In this document: positions 38,995-51,758 of the stretch, one piece after another | Layout of the letters: the number at the start of each line of letters is the position of its first letter | How positions within the stretch are numbered: the stretch's first letter is position 1 | Source: Podospora anserina | Lineage: Eukaryota | NCBI GenBank assembly: GCA_017654855.1 | Contig: CM030336.1 | Location: forward strand, 806,001 to 870,000 | Reading direction: 5' to 3' | Length of the DNA stretch: 64,000 nucleotides | Notes under the pieces: generated by a model | What the model saw: the letters and a program-made list of their open reading frames with translations, nothing else | Told to the model about the DNA's origin: nothing | Databases searched by the model: none | Program-made: the position numbers and the translations under genes

Positions 38995-39550
38995 GATGAG
39001 ACGATGTAAGCACGGTACCTAGGTAAGGTTTATCGTGGTAGCATGCGGGCGTTCGATGGAAGAGAGGGATTAAAAGCAGCGTCCCGAGGCTATTACCTTA
39101 TCGAATCACCCTCCACATCAAACTCTGACATGTGAGAAATTGGGTGGGGAAAAGCATAAATACTGGGCAGCTTCCCTCAAGTTGTGAAAAGAGAGCTCTG
39201 ATGTACTGTTGAACTCAACCCACCTCCAAACCGATCAATGACGTTCCGGCGATGCACTGCAATCGCAGCAGCACGCGTCAGCCAGCGCGAGGCAGGCGCC
39301 AAAACAGCTGACTGGCAGCCCCGCGCCGAGAAAGCGTAAAGCTTTGGCCATCTCCGTTCAGCGCTAGCCTGTTCCGGAGCGCCAGCGGGCTTGGCAGGCT
39401 TTCACACACACATCCTTGAAAAAAAGAGCGGGAAATCCCAGCCCCACCATGCGAGAGGAGAGCGGGAAAGGAAAGATTCTTGACGGGTTCGCGCAAGACC
39501 CCCCGAGTGTCGCTTTTCCTCCTGCAACCCACCCCTCCTCACACATCACC

Positions 39551-40511
39551 ATGGCCAGCACACTCAATATGAACGGCGAGGACCCCGTCGAACGGCCTCA
39601 GCAGATCCGCGACATCATAGGAGGTCTCGAGCGGTACAACCCCCAGGCCGCTGAGGTCCTCGAGGCCTACCTCCAGCAGCAATGTGAGGAGAAATTCACC
39701 GACTGCAACGCCAACAGGGCACTGTTGAAGCTGTAAGTATCTCCCATGTTCCAACTCGCTATGGCTTATCTGGTTTTTCATGATGTTGTTTTTTATAAAC
39801 GTTTCCTATTAGCCTGAAAAGCGGCCTAACAACCCGCACAAGCTGAGGTCAACTTAATGTGTCTGATATACAAACCATCTGATGTCTTACTGTCTTGGAG
39901 TCGTCTTGTTGAACAAAGGATCATCTACTAACCATTGTCTGCTCGGCGCAAAACACAGGTACCAGCTCAACCCAGACAGGATCAAGGACGAGATCGTCAC
40001 CAACGTCCTCGTCAAGACAATGACCCAGTTCCCCTCCCCTCAGTTCGACCTTGCCCTTCACCTCCTCTCCCCATCATACTCCAACCCCGGCCCAGGCTCC
40101 TCTTCCGACCTCGCCGAAGCTGTCGCCAAGCTTAGAACACTCAACAGCCACCTCGAGGGCGCCAGATACGACCACTTCTGGGCCACCCTCGAGAGCGACG
40201 ATATCTACGCGGACCTCACCACCGACATTAAGGGTTTCGAGGAGATCATCCGCGTCAAGATCGCCCAGCTCATCAGTCTCGCCTTCCGTGAGATCAATAT
40301 CAGCGTCCTCGAAAGCTACCTCGGTCTCCGCAGCGAAGCCGAGGTCAAGACCTTTGTCACCGAGACCTGCGGCTGGAAGGTCGGTGACGACGGCATCGTT
40401 CACATTCCTAAGAACTCTGAGAACGAGGCCAAAAAGACCGAGATCCGCGAGGACGTCTCCATTGACATGTTCAGCCGTGTCATCAAGAGGAGCTGGGAGG
40501 AGAATGCTTAA
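39551..40511 (+). CDS. eif3k: Eukaryotic translation initiation factor 3 subunit K
   Basis: GLERYNP..NRALLKL|YQLNP across intron 39733-39958; PCI-type C-terminus. Start 39551 or 39569. Confidence 0.93.
39775..39870 (+). ncRNA. Putative intronic box C/D snoRNA
   Basis: Box C ATGATG(T) at 39780; 14-nt guide ACGTTTCCTATTAG at 39799-39812 complementary to LSU rRNA CUAAUAGGGAACGU; box D' CTGA 39814; box D CTGA 39863; flanking stem TGGTTT/AAACCA. Host intron is 226 nt, the longest seen in the window. Confidence 0.78.
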
Positions 40512-41048
40512 AAACACCAAACTACAAAGATACCATATTACACACACTAATGAAAAGGGTGTTTTGTGTGATGGGAAACGGTTCATTGTAGAGTACTTTT
40601 TTGAGACGAAGCGGTACTTTCCTTTTTCTGTCTATTGCGTCTCGCTGCTGCGGCCGGTTACCCCTTGTTTTGCATTCTGGCGGCGGAAAAAAAAAGCCAA
40701 AAGCTTCTGACGGCGTTCATGGGATTTTGCGGAAGCGATTCGGGGATAAAAGGGGGGAACAAGGGCCTTGGAAGAAGGTTTTATACTGGGCTTAGAGTTG
40801 ATCATTAGCCTTGGGCCATATTCACATTATACCTCTGGACAAAAAAAGAAGAAAAATAACCCAAATATGCCATCCTCTGTCCTATGCTGCTTGTCATGTT
40901 GAATGGTTTTGGTGTTCCCTGACTGGGCATCCGTAGACTCTGAAGGGGGGCTGGTGTACAATCAACAGTAGGTTTCATGGCAATTTTGGTATCTCATTCT
41001 CCCTTCCTACATCTCGATTCATCTAAAACACGACCCTTCCCCCTATCC

Positions 41049-42395
41049 TCACCTCTTAACACTCAACTCCTCCCACTGAACACCCGCCCACTCCTCCAAA
41101 TACCCCCCTTCTCCCCCTTCCACACCCCTCTCCTGGCAATCCCTCTCACAAACCCCCACAATAACCGTCCCCCAATCCATCCCATCCAGATCCTCCTCCT
41201 CCCCTTCCAACTCTTGAATCGCCTGCGGCGTCATCTGCACCTCAAACACCCTTCCCCCACCACAATTCCCACACCTCGGCATCCCCCCCTTTCCTCCCTT
41301 CACCTTTGCCTCCCCCTCCCCATCCTTTGCATACAGCATCTTCCCCACGGCATCACTCTTGCTATACAACAGCGGCTGACCAGCAAACTCATACCTGATA
41401 ACCTGCTCCGGGTTCTGCCCCACCCTGTCGGCAAACTTTTGAAACACAGTGTCCATGCTCGACTCAAAAACCTCCTTGTCTTCTTTACCTCCTCCACTGG
41501 ACGAGCCCTCGCCCGAGTCAATGTCCATTATCTGAGTCTTTTGCGAGATGGGCGCGGGCTCAGGGTCGAGCTGTTCGTAGTCTGCCTCTGCTATCCAGCG
41601 TACAGGATAGGATTTCGGGAGGAGGGAGGAATCTGTCGGCCAGGGTTCGGGGGGTGGTGCTGGAGTGGCAGGGGGGAGGTTGAGAGATAATGTTTCGGCG
41701 AAGGATTTGGGGAGTTTCTCCTCCTCAACTTCGACGGGGGTGGGTTTTGGTTCCGGAGCAGCCGGGGTCGGGGCCGGGGCGGCGAATGGGTTGGTTGAGG
41801 TGGTGGTTGGCTTGGGAGCAAAAGGGTTTGTTGAGGCAGAAGCAAACGGGTTACCACCCGAGGAGGAGGAGGTTGGCTTCGCGCCGAACAGCGCCTCCCC
41901 TAGGCCGAGGGTAGACGCCTTGGGAATGACAGTGGCTTCTTTCGGCTTGGTTTCCTGGGACTCTTTGGCTGCCGCAACAGCATCAGGCGATACCCTCAAC
42001 CCTCTAATCGCCCTGATACTCCCCTCATTTCTCCGGCAACTCTTCCTTCTGCAGGCGAACACATAAAGCCGGCGTTCGTGGCCGGGGTATCGGTCTGGGA
42101 GCTCGGCGTTGAGCTGGAGCAGGAGCACCATGAGGTCTTTGCAGACTTTACACCGAGCCAGCGCGGCGGAGGGTGGTTTCGAGGGGTCTAGCCATGTCTG
42201 ATTGAGACTCGGTAAGTATTTGATCAAGTTGAGTTGTTGTCTGCCCGTGGCGCAAAAAGGGTGACTTACTGGCTGTCCTCCAAGCCGGCTGATCTCCTCT
42301 CCTTGTGCGTCCTCCGAGGCGTACCCCAGGAGAACGTTGGTCTCCTGGAAATCATTGTCCTCGGCGCCCGAGGAATCGCTGTCGTAGGGAGCCAT
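41049..42395 (-). CDS. TSR4: Tsr4 / PDCD2-like uS5 chaperone
   Basis: SRLGGQP, CxxC..LLLQL, RRLYVF, FADRVGQNPEQVIRY, CxxC..FEVQ, GMDWGTVIVGVC. In-frame 72-nt intron 42269-42198. Confidence 0.93.
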   Translation of the reverse strand: MAPYDSDSSGAEDNDFQETNVLLGYASEDAQGEEISRLGGQPVSHPFCATGRQQLNLIKYLPSLNQTWLDPSKPPSAALARCKVCKDLMVLLLQLNAELPDRYPGHERRLYVFACRRKSCRRNEGSIRAIRGLRVSPDAVAAAKESQETKPKEATVIPKASTLGLGEALFGAKPTSSSSGGNPFASASTNPFAPKPTTTSTNPFAAPAPTPAAPEPKPTPVEVEEEKLPKSFAETLSLNLPPATPAPPPEPWPTDSSLLPKSYPVRWIAEADYEQLDPEPAPISQKTQIMDIDSGEGSSSGGGKEDKEVFESSMDTVFQKFADRVGQNPEQVIRYEFAGQPLLYSKSDAVGKMLYAKDGEGEAKVKGGKGGMPRCGNCGGGRVFEVQMTPQAIQELEGEEEDLDGMDWGTVIVGVCERDCQERGVEGGEGGYLEEWAGVQWEELSVKR

Positions 42396-42786
42396 TCTGT
42401 TCTATGTTTATGGAGAATCGCAACCAATACCGGGCTTGATGGTGGAAAACTTTGGGGTAGCAGTCGCAAAGCTTTTCGACAAAACTTTGGCGGGGTAGGA
42501 AATATTGCCCCGCCATCCAAAGCCGACTGGCCAAGATGACGGCGCTGCCTCCGTCCAAGCAATTCCGATGGGATGAAATAAATACGCGTCTACATGAGGC
42601 TTCTGGCACTGGGCCATATTTAGAGTGCATTACTGGTTGTTTAAAGCCCGTTGACCCAAAGCAGGCCATCGTTCCCCGGAGCTTACACATTTGCCAGTCA
42701 CCCATAAGGTTGATGTGTTCAACAACGACGGTTCGTCTTTTATTATGTCAAAGAGGTATCTTACGAACAAAGTCTAAACTATTTCT

Positions 42787-44706
42787 TCACTGCTCGGGAC
42801 CATCCATACCCGGGCCAGGTCCACCTGATCTGCCCATCTGTCTCGCCTTCAGCAGCTCATCGCACAACAACAGGTTGGACGCGATACCCGAGCTGGAGGC
42901 AATGCAGTTTCTCAACACACGGAAAGAATCGTACACACCCTCGAGGGTAGGATCCATCGGCTCGCCTGTAGCCAGGTCAAGGCCGACAACGTTGCCATCA
43001 GCATGCTCATCGTGGAGAGCAGCCACTAGAAAGAGACATGTTAGCAGGTAGATCGATAAAATAACAGGGAGGGCCCCACGTACAGGCATCCTGAATGTCA
43101 AGACCAGCGTTGGCGGCCAAGGTCTTGGGAATGATAAGAAGAGCGTCGGCGAAGGCATCCACACCCCACTTGGCCTTGCCTCTGACAGTCTTCTTGAAAG
43201 CATCGCTCTTGAGGTGCATGGCGCAGGCGACTTGGAAGGCACCAGCGCCAGGAACAACGCTCTTGTCGACAATCATGTTGTAAACACTTCTAAGACCATC
43301 ACGAACGGCATCTGATACCTGGGCGATGGTGTGCTGGTTGGGGCCCTTGATAAGGAGGGTCACGGACTTGGGGTCCTTGACGTCCTCAATGAATGTGTAC
43401 TTCTCCTCGCCGAGCTGCTGCTCGTAAACGAGGCCAGCCCAGCCGAGAACATCTGGGGTCAGGTCATCGACGCTGTTTTGCGCAACACCGCCGCAGATGA
43501 GTTGTAATCTCTCCATGTTTCTCCGCTTAGCTCTGCGCAGCGCGAGGATGCCGTTCTTTGCGAGGACGTCGAGGGACAGGGGGTCGATGCCCTTCTGGTT
43601 GATAATGACAAAGTTCTTCTTGCCGTCGCTTCCGCACACCTGCTTCTTGAGATCAACAATCTTCTTGAGCTTGGCGTCAACGAAGCGACGCTCGCTTTCT
43701 ACCAGCTTATCCCGCTGCTCGGCACTGGAGTAGAAGAAGCTCGAGTTGATTTCGGTCTTTTCATATTCCAAGCTCACATTGAGGGTGAGAATGTAAGCGT
43801 TCTCGACACGCTTGGGCATATCGGGATGCCTCGCGCCGTGGTCGAGGGCAAGGCCCTTGATGAGTTGTGTGTCGGAGGCAGTGCGGTGCTGCATCTTCAT
43901 GATCTCAACCATGTGCAAATCGGGCTTCTCGGGGGCTTGGTAGATAGCGAGGACGGCATCGACGATAGAGGGGGTCAACGTTTGGGCAAGGCTGGCACTC
44001 AACTTTGTGGCGAGAGAGGTTCTGGCGACGGAGAGGAGGAGCTCACGGTCGACTTCGCGGGCAAGCTTGAACTGGTCGAGGAACTATAGACAGTCAGTCA
44101 GAGGGAACTCACAACGGTGTCTAGCTGCAACCACAAACCTTCAAAGCCTCGTTCTTCGCAATCTCGAAGCCATCTGTAATGATGCGAGGGTGGAGACCCT
44201 CCTGAATGTAGCGGTCGGCCTGCTTCAGGAGCTCGCCGACGAGCAAAACTACTGATGTTGTGCCGTCTCCGCAGATATCGTCTTGTGCTGTCGCGGCCCG
44301 CGCAATCATAACAGCCGTAGGGTTCTGTATTTGCATCTCGCGGAGGAGGACGTTGCCATCCTTTGTCAACTTGATCTGTTACCCCTGGCGGTCAGTCACT
44401 GCATATCGTCCCCGCTTCGCAATCGATTCGTACCTGACCGGCGCCGTCGACAAGCCTGTGCCCAAAATGTTAGCCAAAGCGACCCCGAGTATGCCAGAGA
44501 GTATTCATACATCTTGATGGTGCCCAGAGGGCCCAAGTTGGACTTGAGGACATCCTGGAGACCCTCACCAGCGGTGATGTTGACCTTGAGAGCTTCGCCC
44601 CGCCTCTGTTAAACACCCAAATTAGCATCCCGGTCGTCTGGTTGTATCAGGCGGATTCGCGTACCCTGGACTCGGCCTTGGGGTTGAGAAGCTGTGCGGC
44701 GGACAT
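42787..44706 (-). CDS. CCT6: T-complex protein 1 subunit zeta; multi-exon
   Basis: [58 protein letters not shown]. Five GT-AG introns including one 22-nt micro-exon. Confidence 0.97.
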
Positions 44707-45168
44707 GGTGGCAGACGGACAGCGAGGGAGGTATCTGACAGTTCGGGGGATCGCAAGATGTGGAGGTTCGCTGCGCTGAAGCTTGTCGCCAATCGACAAC
44801 TTTTTTTTGCAGTGCTTTTTAGATTCCAGGCGGTGGTTTAGGCGGAGCGGCAGGCAGCGACAAGGGGTGAAGGAGCTCGGACCACGGCTCAGGAGAAACA
44901 CCCCGCCAACACGCTTATTGATAGCTGGCTACCTCTTCTGTCACCATTCTTCCCAGCATTCATAAGTACCCACTATCATCACATCATTGGTGGGAACCAT
45001 CCATCTCACTGTTGTCTTCGTCAGGTTGGGGCATCAACAACTCACCATCGGGAATCCATGTTTGCTGGTGACGGCTTCAGGAATGACTTCTTGTCTGATT
45101 TGGCTTGGATAATTCATTCTTTGTATTAATTCTTTGAGTACCTGGCGAGAAACGCATCAATCAGCATC

Positions 45169-47004
45169 ATGAAGGGGGCACTCAGTCGCGCCTCCACTGT
45201 CCTAGCAACAGCGCTCTCGCTAGCTACGGCTCTTCCGTCATATGAACCGCCTCAGAAACAGCCAACACAGCAGGTGGCCATCATAGGTATGTTCTTCCTT
45301 AATTTGACATTTGGAGGGGTTTTACTTCTGTTTTCATCTATTTTCATCAAAACCGATGAAGCGGCTCACTAATAATCTAAATAGGAGCTGGGGCTGCGGG
45401 CTCGTCTGCTGCATATTACTTACAACAATATGCCAAGCAACATGAGCTGCTCGGAATTTCCGTCAACATCACTCTCTTTGAGAAGACGGACCGTATTGGT
45501 GGACGAACTCTGACTATCAACGCATACGATGACCCTTCACAACCAATCGAACTCGGCGCAAGCATATTCATTGAGAAGAACCATATTCTTCACGATGCCC
45601 TTCAAAGGTTCAACCTGTCTAAACGGATTCCAGATGAAGACTCAGACCCCAAGCTCGGCATTTGGGATGGCGATGAGTTTGTCTTTACGGTCAACGAGCG
45701 TGATTCATTCTGGTGGACAGCCCTCAAGGTCATTTACAAGTATGGAATCATGGCACCGAGACGAACTCAGAAGTTGATGGAAGCTACTATCGCCAATTTC
45801 TTGAAATTATACGAGGAGCCCAATTTCCCTTTTCGATCCCTTACCCAACGGGCGTACGAGCTTGGTCTGATTGATGTTACCGGGGTTACCGGGGAACAAC
45901 TATTGAAGGCCAACAACATCGATGATCGCTATGCACACGACATTATTCAGGCCAGCACCCGAGTAAACTACGCCTCGAACTTGGTCCGAATCCACGGTCT
46001 GGACACCATGGTAAGCCCTGATGCTATCGGTATTACCTCTCAAGCTAACCGTGCCACAGGTCTCAATGGCGCCTGAGGGTGCCATGGCTGTCCAAGGTGG
46101 TAACTGGCAAATATTCTATAAAATGGCTGAGGCATCGGGCGCCAGTCTCTTGATGAATTCGTCTGTGGCTTCTATCGGATTCTCGTCAGAAACCAATCAC
46201 TACTCTGGCAACAAGAAATACCTTATCCGCACCAAGTCCGCTACATCGGAGTCAAATGGGGGAGAGGATTACCCCGTTGCCTTTGACAACGTTATTATTG
46301 CCAATCCCTACCAATTCAGCAAGATCTCAGCAGAGGAGGGCGTCATTCAACAAACCATTGACGAGATCCCCTACGTCCAGCTCCATGTCACCATTTTCGC
46401 GTCGCCTTACCAGTACAGTCCCGCGTTTTTCGGCTTCACCGAGTCAAAGGATGTCCCAGGCGGTGTTCTCACAACCCTTGCCAAATCTGATGGACCAACC
46501 TCTGGGGTCAATGGCGCCGGCAAGGCAGGTTTCTTCAGCGTCACAACCTTGCGCACGACCACAAACCCCACAACTCAAAAGCGGGAGTTTATCTACAAGA
46601 TCTTCTCGCCTGAGAAGGTTAGTCCTGAGTTCCTCAGTCGCCTGTTTGGAGTCGAGGTGCCCGATTCCTTCACCACAGACCCTGATGAGGAGGGCTCAGT
46701 GAGTCCCATCACCTGGTATCATCCCCATGTCTTTTACTCGTATCCTCAAGCCTTGCCACGGGTAACGTTCCAGGACCCTATCATCGGTCCGGGCCTGTAT
46801 TATACGTCTGGCATGGACAGTTTCATTTCCACGATGGAAACCAATGCGCTAATGGGCAAGAATGTGGCCGCCTTACTCATGGACGATATTTTGAAAGCGG
46901 GCAAGAATGGCTGCAAAGGGGCGGAGGAGATGCACGAAAATACTCTGCTTGATCAGTTTCGGAGTGGCCCAGGGAGCTCAGAGAAGGACATGAAGGATTT
47001 GTAG
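45169..47004 (+). CDS. Prenylcysteine oxidase / lyase (FAD-dependent, signal peptide)
   Basis: VAII|GAGAAG Rossmann motif across intron 45287-45384; IELGASIF; ASTRVNY; V.GGNWQIF; FISTMET. Second intron 46011-46059. Confidence 0.9.
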
Positions 47005-47860
47005 ATATATGTGGTGGGTAAATGACCCTTTGGCACCCGTTGTTTCCACGAGATGCCACTGTCGAACAATGTGGGTGTGGCTGGCCACAAAGAAGCCTTT
47101 CTTGGACCTCTGTGTCACATCAACCCCAGTATGTGCTGTCATACGTCAAGCTAGTGGTTTCTGGCAGGTACATAGCATGATGTGCTTCCTTGATGTTGGC
47201 ATCCCATCATATCGGGGACAAAATAATGGGGCCCTGCAACCGGCCAGTAGGCCTTCAAAGATCATTGAAGCCCTGTTAAAACAGATCCAAGGCCTATTGA
47301 CAACTCCTTAAGAATATCAACTCTCTTTGCAGGTATGTCAACTATACTAATAAAAGAGATATGACCTCTCTTTGATGGTCTCTTTGCTGTGTTCAAGAAC
47401 CCTTATCCCAAGTTTGAGTAGCAGTGTCTATTTTTTTTTGTCCACGGCGTGCCCATGTGATCGCTGTCTTGGTGAAAGCCACAGGTCTGAAAGCCAGCAC
47501 ATGCAATGAGTCAGCAGCTGCCTTGGATGTGGCGCAAATCTCCACCTTTTCCGAGGTGGCAATTGGCTGGGTGCACCGCCGCAAGATACGTCTCCCCTCC
47601 ATTGTCCAGACATTTTTTGGGGATCGCTTTTGTTATGACGCAGCTTCCCTCACGCCTTTGCCCGACAGTCGAGTCCAGTCCTGTGCACTGGGTCGTCACT
47701 AAAGGCGCCGGTGAAGGTCTAGGTATCATTCTCCATTCTAAACCACAGCTTTACAAAAACATCCCTTTGCGATCTACTTAGTTGTATAGCGCCTTGTCTG
47801 TTTTCCCCGCCAAACAACCAACACCCCGCATCGTGAACTTTATTCGAATCGTTGGCAGCC

Positions 47861-50435
47861 ATGTTTGCCCTCAAAGGCAGTAAGTAACCACTTGAAACCC
47901 CCGCGACTCCCCCACAAAGCAAGACAGCCCAGTGCGCGACGGCCGCTGATGTTGCCCATTATGTCGCTATCACCTGCTAACTACATCAACGCAGTCTCCC
48001 GCCTGATCTTTGGCTCCAACAACCAGGAGTCCATGATCGAGCTGCCCCAAGGCCAACTCTACCTTGTTCGACCATTCTCACCCAAGGGATATTCTGAGCT
48101 TCTCTTCAAGGACGCTTCCGCTCGCATTCGCCGTACCGCGCAAGAATTCCAATACCAGCTTGTCGTCCAGCGAGTTTACGAAGAGGGCGAGGCTGAGCTG
48201 TTTGCCGAGGAGGAAGGGGACGACCTCGAGGCCGATGCCGACATTCTAGCTGCGGAGCGCGACGAAAAGACATTCCTCCTCGACGAGGCGCTTCATTTCC
48301 GCGTCGAGAACCGAGAGGGTAGCGAGAGGGTACTCTGCTGGAGAGACTTGAGTGGCGACGCCGGAGACGTTTTCGAGTTTGTTTGCGACGGTGGTATCTT
48401 GCCCGCCCAAGTGAAGCAGTTCGAGCTTATCGCGAAGCAGTGCCAGTACGAGCGCAAGTACCGCAAGCCTCACGCCACAGCTTCTAAAGAGGATCTCCTC
48501 CAGTTCGAGTTCGACGAGCAGCCGATCCCGCCAGCCAGCCCAATTCACAGCCCTGTCCTCACCAGGTCCATCGAGTCCTCCGAGATGTTTTTCCCCAAGG
48601 CTAAAGGGAAGAAAGACGTGGTCTCCGACTTGGAAGTAACGCCGACGAAGAAATCTCCTCCCACGCCGACCAAGACACCGACCACCAAGGGTAAGGAGCG
48701 GAATATGGGTACTCCCTCGGCCGTTGCTCATCCAGAGGCTCGCGAGATGTTGGCTGCTGAGGTTGCCGAGCTCCACTTCTTTGAGTTTCAATCGGGCGCA
48801 TTCGTCCTGAAGGATGAGTCTGTCACTGCAACTGTCACGGAGATCGGCAACTGGAAGTACTGGTTGCAGGTCGGCAGCGCCGACCGTGACTGGATAGGCG
48901 TCCCCGTCACAGAAGACCTCAATCCCGTCTTCAACTTCGAGTTCCTTTCTTTCATCTTCAATCAATTTCACGAGGATGGGTCAGCCTATTCATGGCTTCT
49001 TCGATTCAAGGATCAGGCGACTCTAGAGCGCTTCCAGGAGGGTTTGATGCAGGCTCTTTGGGAGCAGCTGAATCAGATCAAGTGGTCCAAGATCAAGGAC
49101 AAGGAGCGTGACTACGTCACCGACGCTTTCAACGATTTGACCATGGAGGATGCCGAACAAGAAGAGGAGGAGGAGCATTATGAGGATGCAGAGGAGGGAA
49201 GCGAAGATGAGGACGATGACAGACCACGGAGCGAACATTACGATAGTGACGAAGACGAAGACGATGTGGACTACAAGCCCAAGGACGGTGAGACCAACAA
49301 GCAGATCGCTGTCGGGTACAAGCATGACCGGTCGTTTGTCGTCCGCGGTTCCAAGATCGGCGTCTTCAAGCACACCCCCAACAACAACCTCGAGTTCAGC
49401 ACCAACATCTCCAAGGTTGAGACGGCAGATGGAAAGCTGTTCTCGCCTAAGAAGGTCATGCTTCACAACGAAGACCGCAACCTTATCTTGCAGAAGGATG
49501 ATGACCCGAACAAGCTTTATCGCATGGATCTCGAGTATGGCAAGGTCGTTGACGAGTGGAACGTCCATGAGGATATTCCTGTGGTCACCTTCGCGCCCGA
49601 GAACAAGTTTGCGCAGATGACCCACGAGCCCACGTTCCTTGGTATTAGCAAAAACGCGCTGTACCGCATCGATCCCCGTCTGTCTGGCACCAAGCTGGTT
49701 GACGCTCAGCTCAAGCAGTACGCCAGCAAGAACGACTTCTCTGCCATTTCTACTACCGAGAAGGGCCATATCGCCGTGGCTTCCAACAAGGGTGACATTC
49801 GTCTCTTTGACCGTCTCGGCATCAATGCCAAGACACATATTCCTGCCCTTGGTGAACCCATCATCGGTCTCGACGTGTCTGCCGATGGTCGCTGGGTCCT
49901 CGGTACCTGCCGTACTTACCTGCTGCTGATCGATGCCCAGCAAAAGTCTGGCAAGAACGAAGGCAAGCTTGGCTTTGAGAAGTCCTTCGCTGCCGATCAG
50001 AAGCCCCAGCCTCGCCGCCTTGCTCTGAGCCCCGAGCACGTTGCGCAGTTTCACCACGAGACAGGCAAGGGTGTCAGCTTCACTCCTGCCAAGTTCAACA
50101 CCGGAGAGGGTGTCGAGGAGAGCAGCATCATTACCGCCACGGGTCCGTACATCATCGAATGGAACCTTAAGAAGGTTCTGACCGGCAAGAAGACGCCCTA
50201 CCTCATCAAGCGGTACTCGGACGACGTCAAGGCCGACGACTTCAAGTTTGGCACCGACAAGAACGTCATTGTCGCGCTGCCCCACGAGGTTAACATGGTT
50301 AGCCACACCCGTCTCAAGCGGCCTACTCGTGAGAGCATTGCTGGCGACTTTGGGCGTCGTGCGTCTCGGTTTGGCACCCCGGCGAAGAGTCCTTCCAAGT
50401 TGAGTAGGAGTGCGATTGTGGAGGAGGCTTTTTAG
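47861..50435 (+). CDS. VID27: Vacuolar import and degradation protein Vid27
   Basis: MFALKG|ISRLIFG across intron 47880-47994; GQLYLVRP.SPKG; acidic linker; DRSFVVRG, YRMDLEYGKVVDEW, GDIRLFDRLG beta-propeller. Confidence 0.94.
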
Positions 50436-50975
50436 TTTGCTGGGGTATGCAGTGTTGGGTGACTGGGATGGATTGTCGTTTGCTTTTCTTTACTTGCTGA
50501 ACACTGGGAGTACCGGTTTCGTGTGTTGTTTTTGACGCCTTGTTGCGTCGTCATGTATGCAGGATGATGGGATAACCGTGTGCGTTTGTTGTTTTGTTTT
50601 GTTTAGCATCGGGAGTTGAGGTAGCTTTCTTGATGAGTAACGTCTTGGTGTTGAGGGAAGGGGCTTGCTTGGCTGGGTAGGTAGGTAGGATTGCTGGATG
50701 ACAGTTAGGGCATCTTGGTCGATATGACCTCAATTGACTACGTAACACGGCTCGTGAGTTTGAGGAGATCTCGGTATGTTTTTGATTATCGTGTTCTTCA
50801 CTGAGCACTGTTTCTGAGTCCAACTACCTCTCCTCGACAATTCCCCACAGTTCGTGGTTAAGATTCACAGTCGCAATTGAAGGTTCAAGCAAGTGCAATA
50901 AGATGAAATTCGTAATTCATAACCTAACTAAAAAGCAATCTGGTATCATTTCACTCCTCATCCCAATCCATCCCT

Positions 50976-51758
50976 TTACAAACCCCTCCTCTCCGTCTCC
51001 TGATACGTCATCCCACCCTTGCTATCAACCCTCGGGTCTAGCTTATTCAACAAGTCCGACTTGTGCGGGCCAGCGGTGTTTGGAGCCGGGCCCGGCAAGT
51101 GGCTATTGCCTACACCCCCCATTCCACGATGACGACCACCATCCCGATCAGAATCCACCCTCGGATCCATCATGTTTCCCGCCCTTGTCCCATGAGGCCC
51201 GTAGCTCCCCTCCGGAATGGGATTCCCGACGGCGCCGTAGCCATGTTTAGCGGGCATGCTCCTCTGCCTCTCCATGTCGGAGTCAACCCTGGGGTCGAGG
51301 GTGTTCGCCATGCGGGAGGAGTGAGGGCCGTAGGTGCCTTCGGGGATGTTGTTTGGGTGGGAGGAGAGGGGTCCGGGTCCGGTGGCGCCGTGCATGGTCG
51401 GAGGAGCGCCAGCAGGGCCGCCGCTGAAGTGCTGGTTGCGGGAGGAATCCATGTCAGAATCGACGCGGGGGTCGAGGGCGTTGGCTAGTCTGGATTTGTG
51501 AGGGCCATAGGTGCCGGAGGGGATGTTGTTGTTGTGTTGGGATGGGGGAGGGGGGAGGGGTTGGTTATCCCTGGTTGAGTCGACTGCTGGGTCGATCTTG
51601 TTGAGGAAGTCGTGCTTATGGTGGCCGGCTGTTGTGGGGGCTGGGCCGGAGGCGGCGGACTGCCCGTAGGTGGGGGGCATTTGAGTTGCTGGGAGGTTGG
51701 GGTTGATGGAGGAGTTGTTGTCACGGCGGAGGCCGCGTTCGTTTGGGGAGTTGTACAT
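50976..51758 (-). CDS. Fungal dehydrin-like hydrophilin with DPR repeats
   Basis: Five G[P/H]H.S...N.[L/I/M]DP[R/A]VDS repeats in a Gly/Pro-rich hydrophilic protein. ATG at 51758. Confidence 0.85.
   Translation of the reverse strand: MYNSPNERGLRRDNNSSINPNLPATQMPPTYGQSAASGPAPTTAGHHKHDFLNKIDPAVDSTRDNQPLPPPPSQHNNNIPSGTYGPHKSRLANALDPRVDSDMDSSRNQHFSGGPAGAPPTMHGATGPGPLSSHPNNIPEGTYGPHSSRMANTLDPRVDSDMERQRSMPAKHGYGAVGNPIPEGSYGPHGTRAGNMMDPRVDSDRDGGRHRGMGGVGNSHLPGPAPNTAGPHKSDLLNKLDPRVDSKGGMTYQETERRGL

Noticed and set aside
39845-39853. GAGGTCAAC complementary to the 5' end of LSU rRNA within the snoRNA candidate
   Set aside because: Only 9 nt, overlaps the probable C' box and is not adjacent to a D box; could be chance.
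49023-50306. 427-aa minus-strand ORF, and similar shadow ORFs at 18750-19739, 58841-59815 and 40074-40586
   Set aside because: Antisense or alternate-frame shadows of real genes, produced by codon bias.
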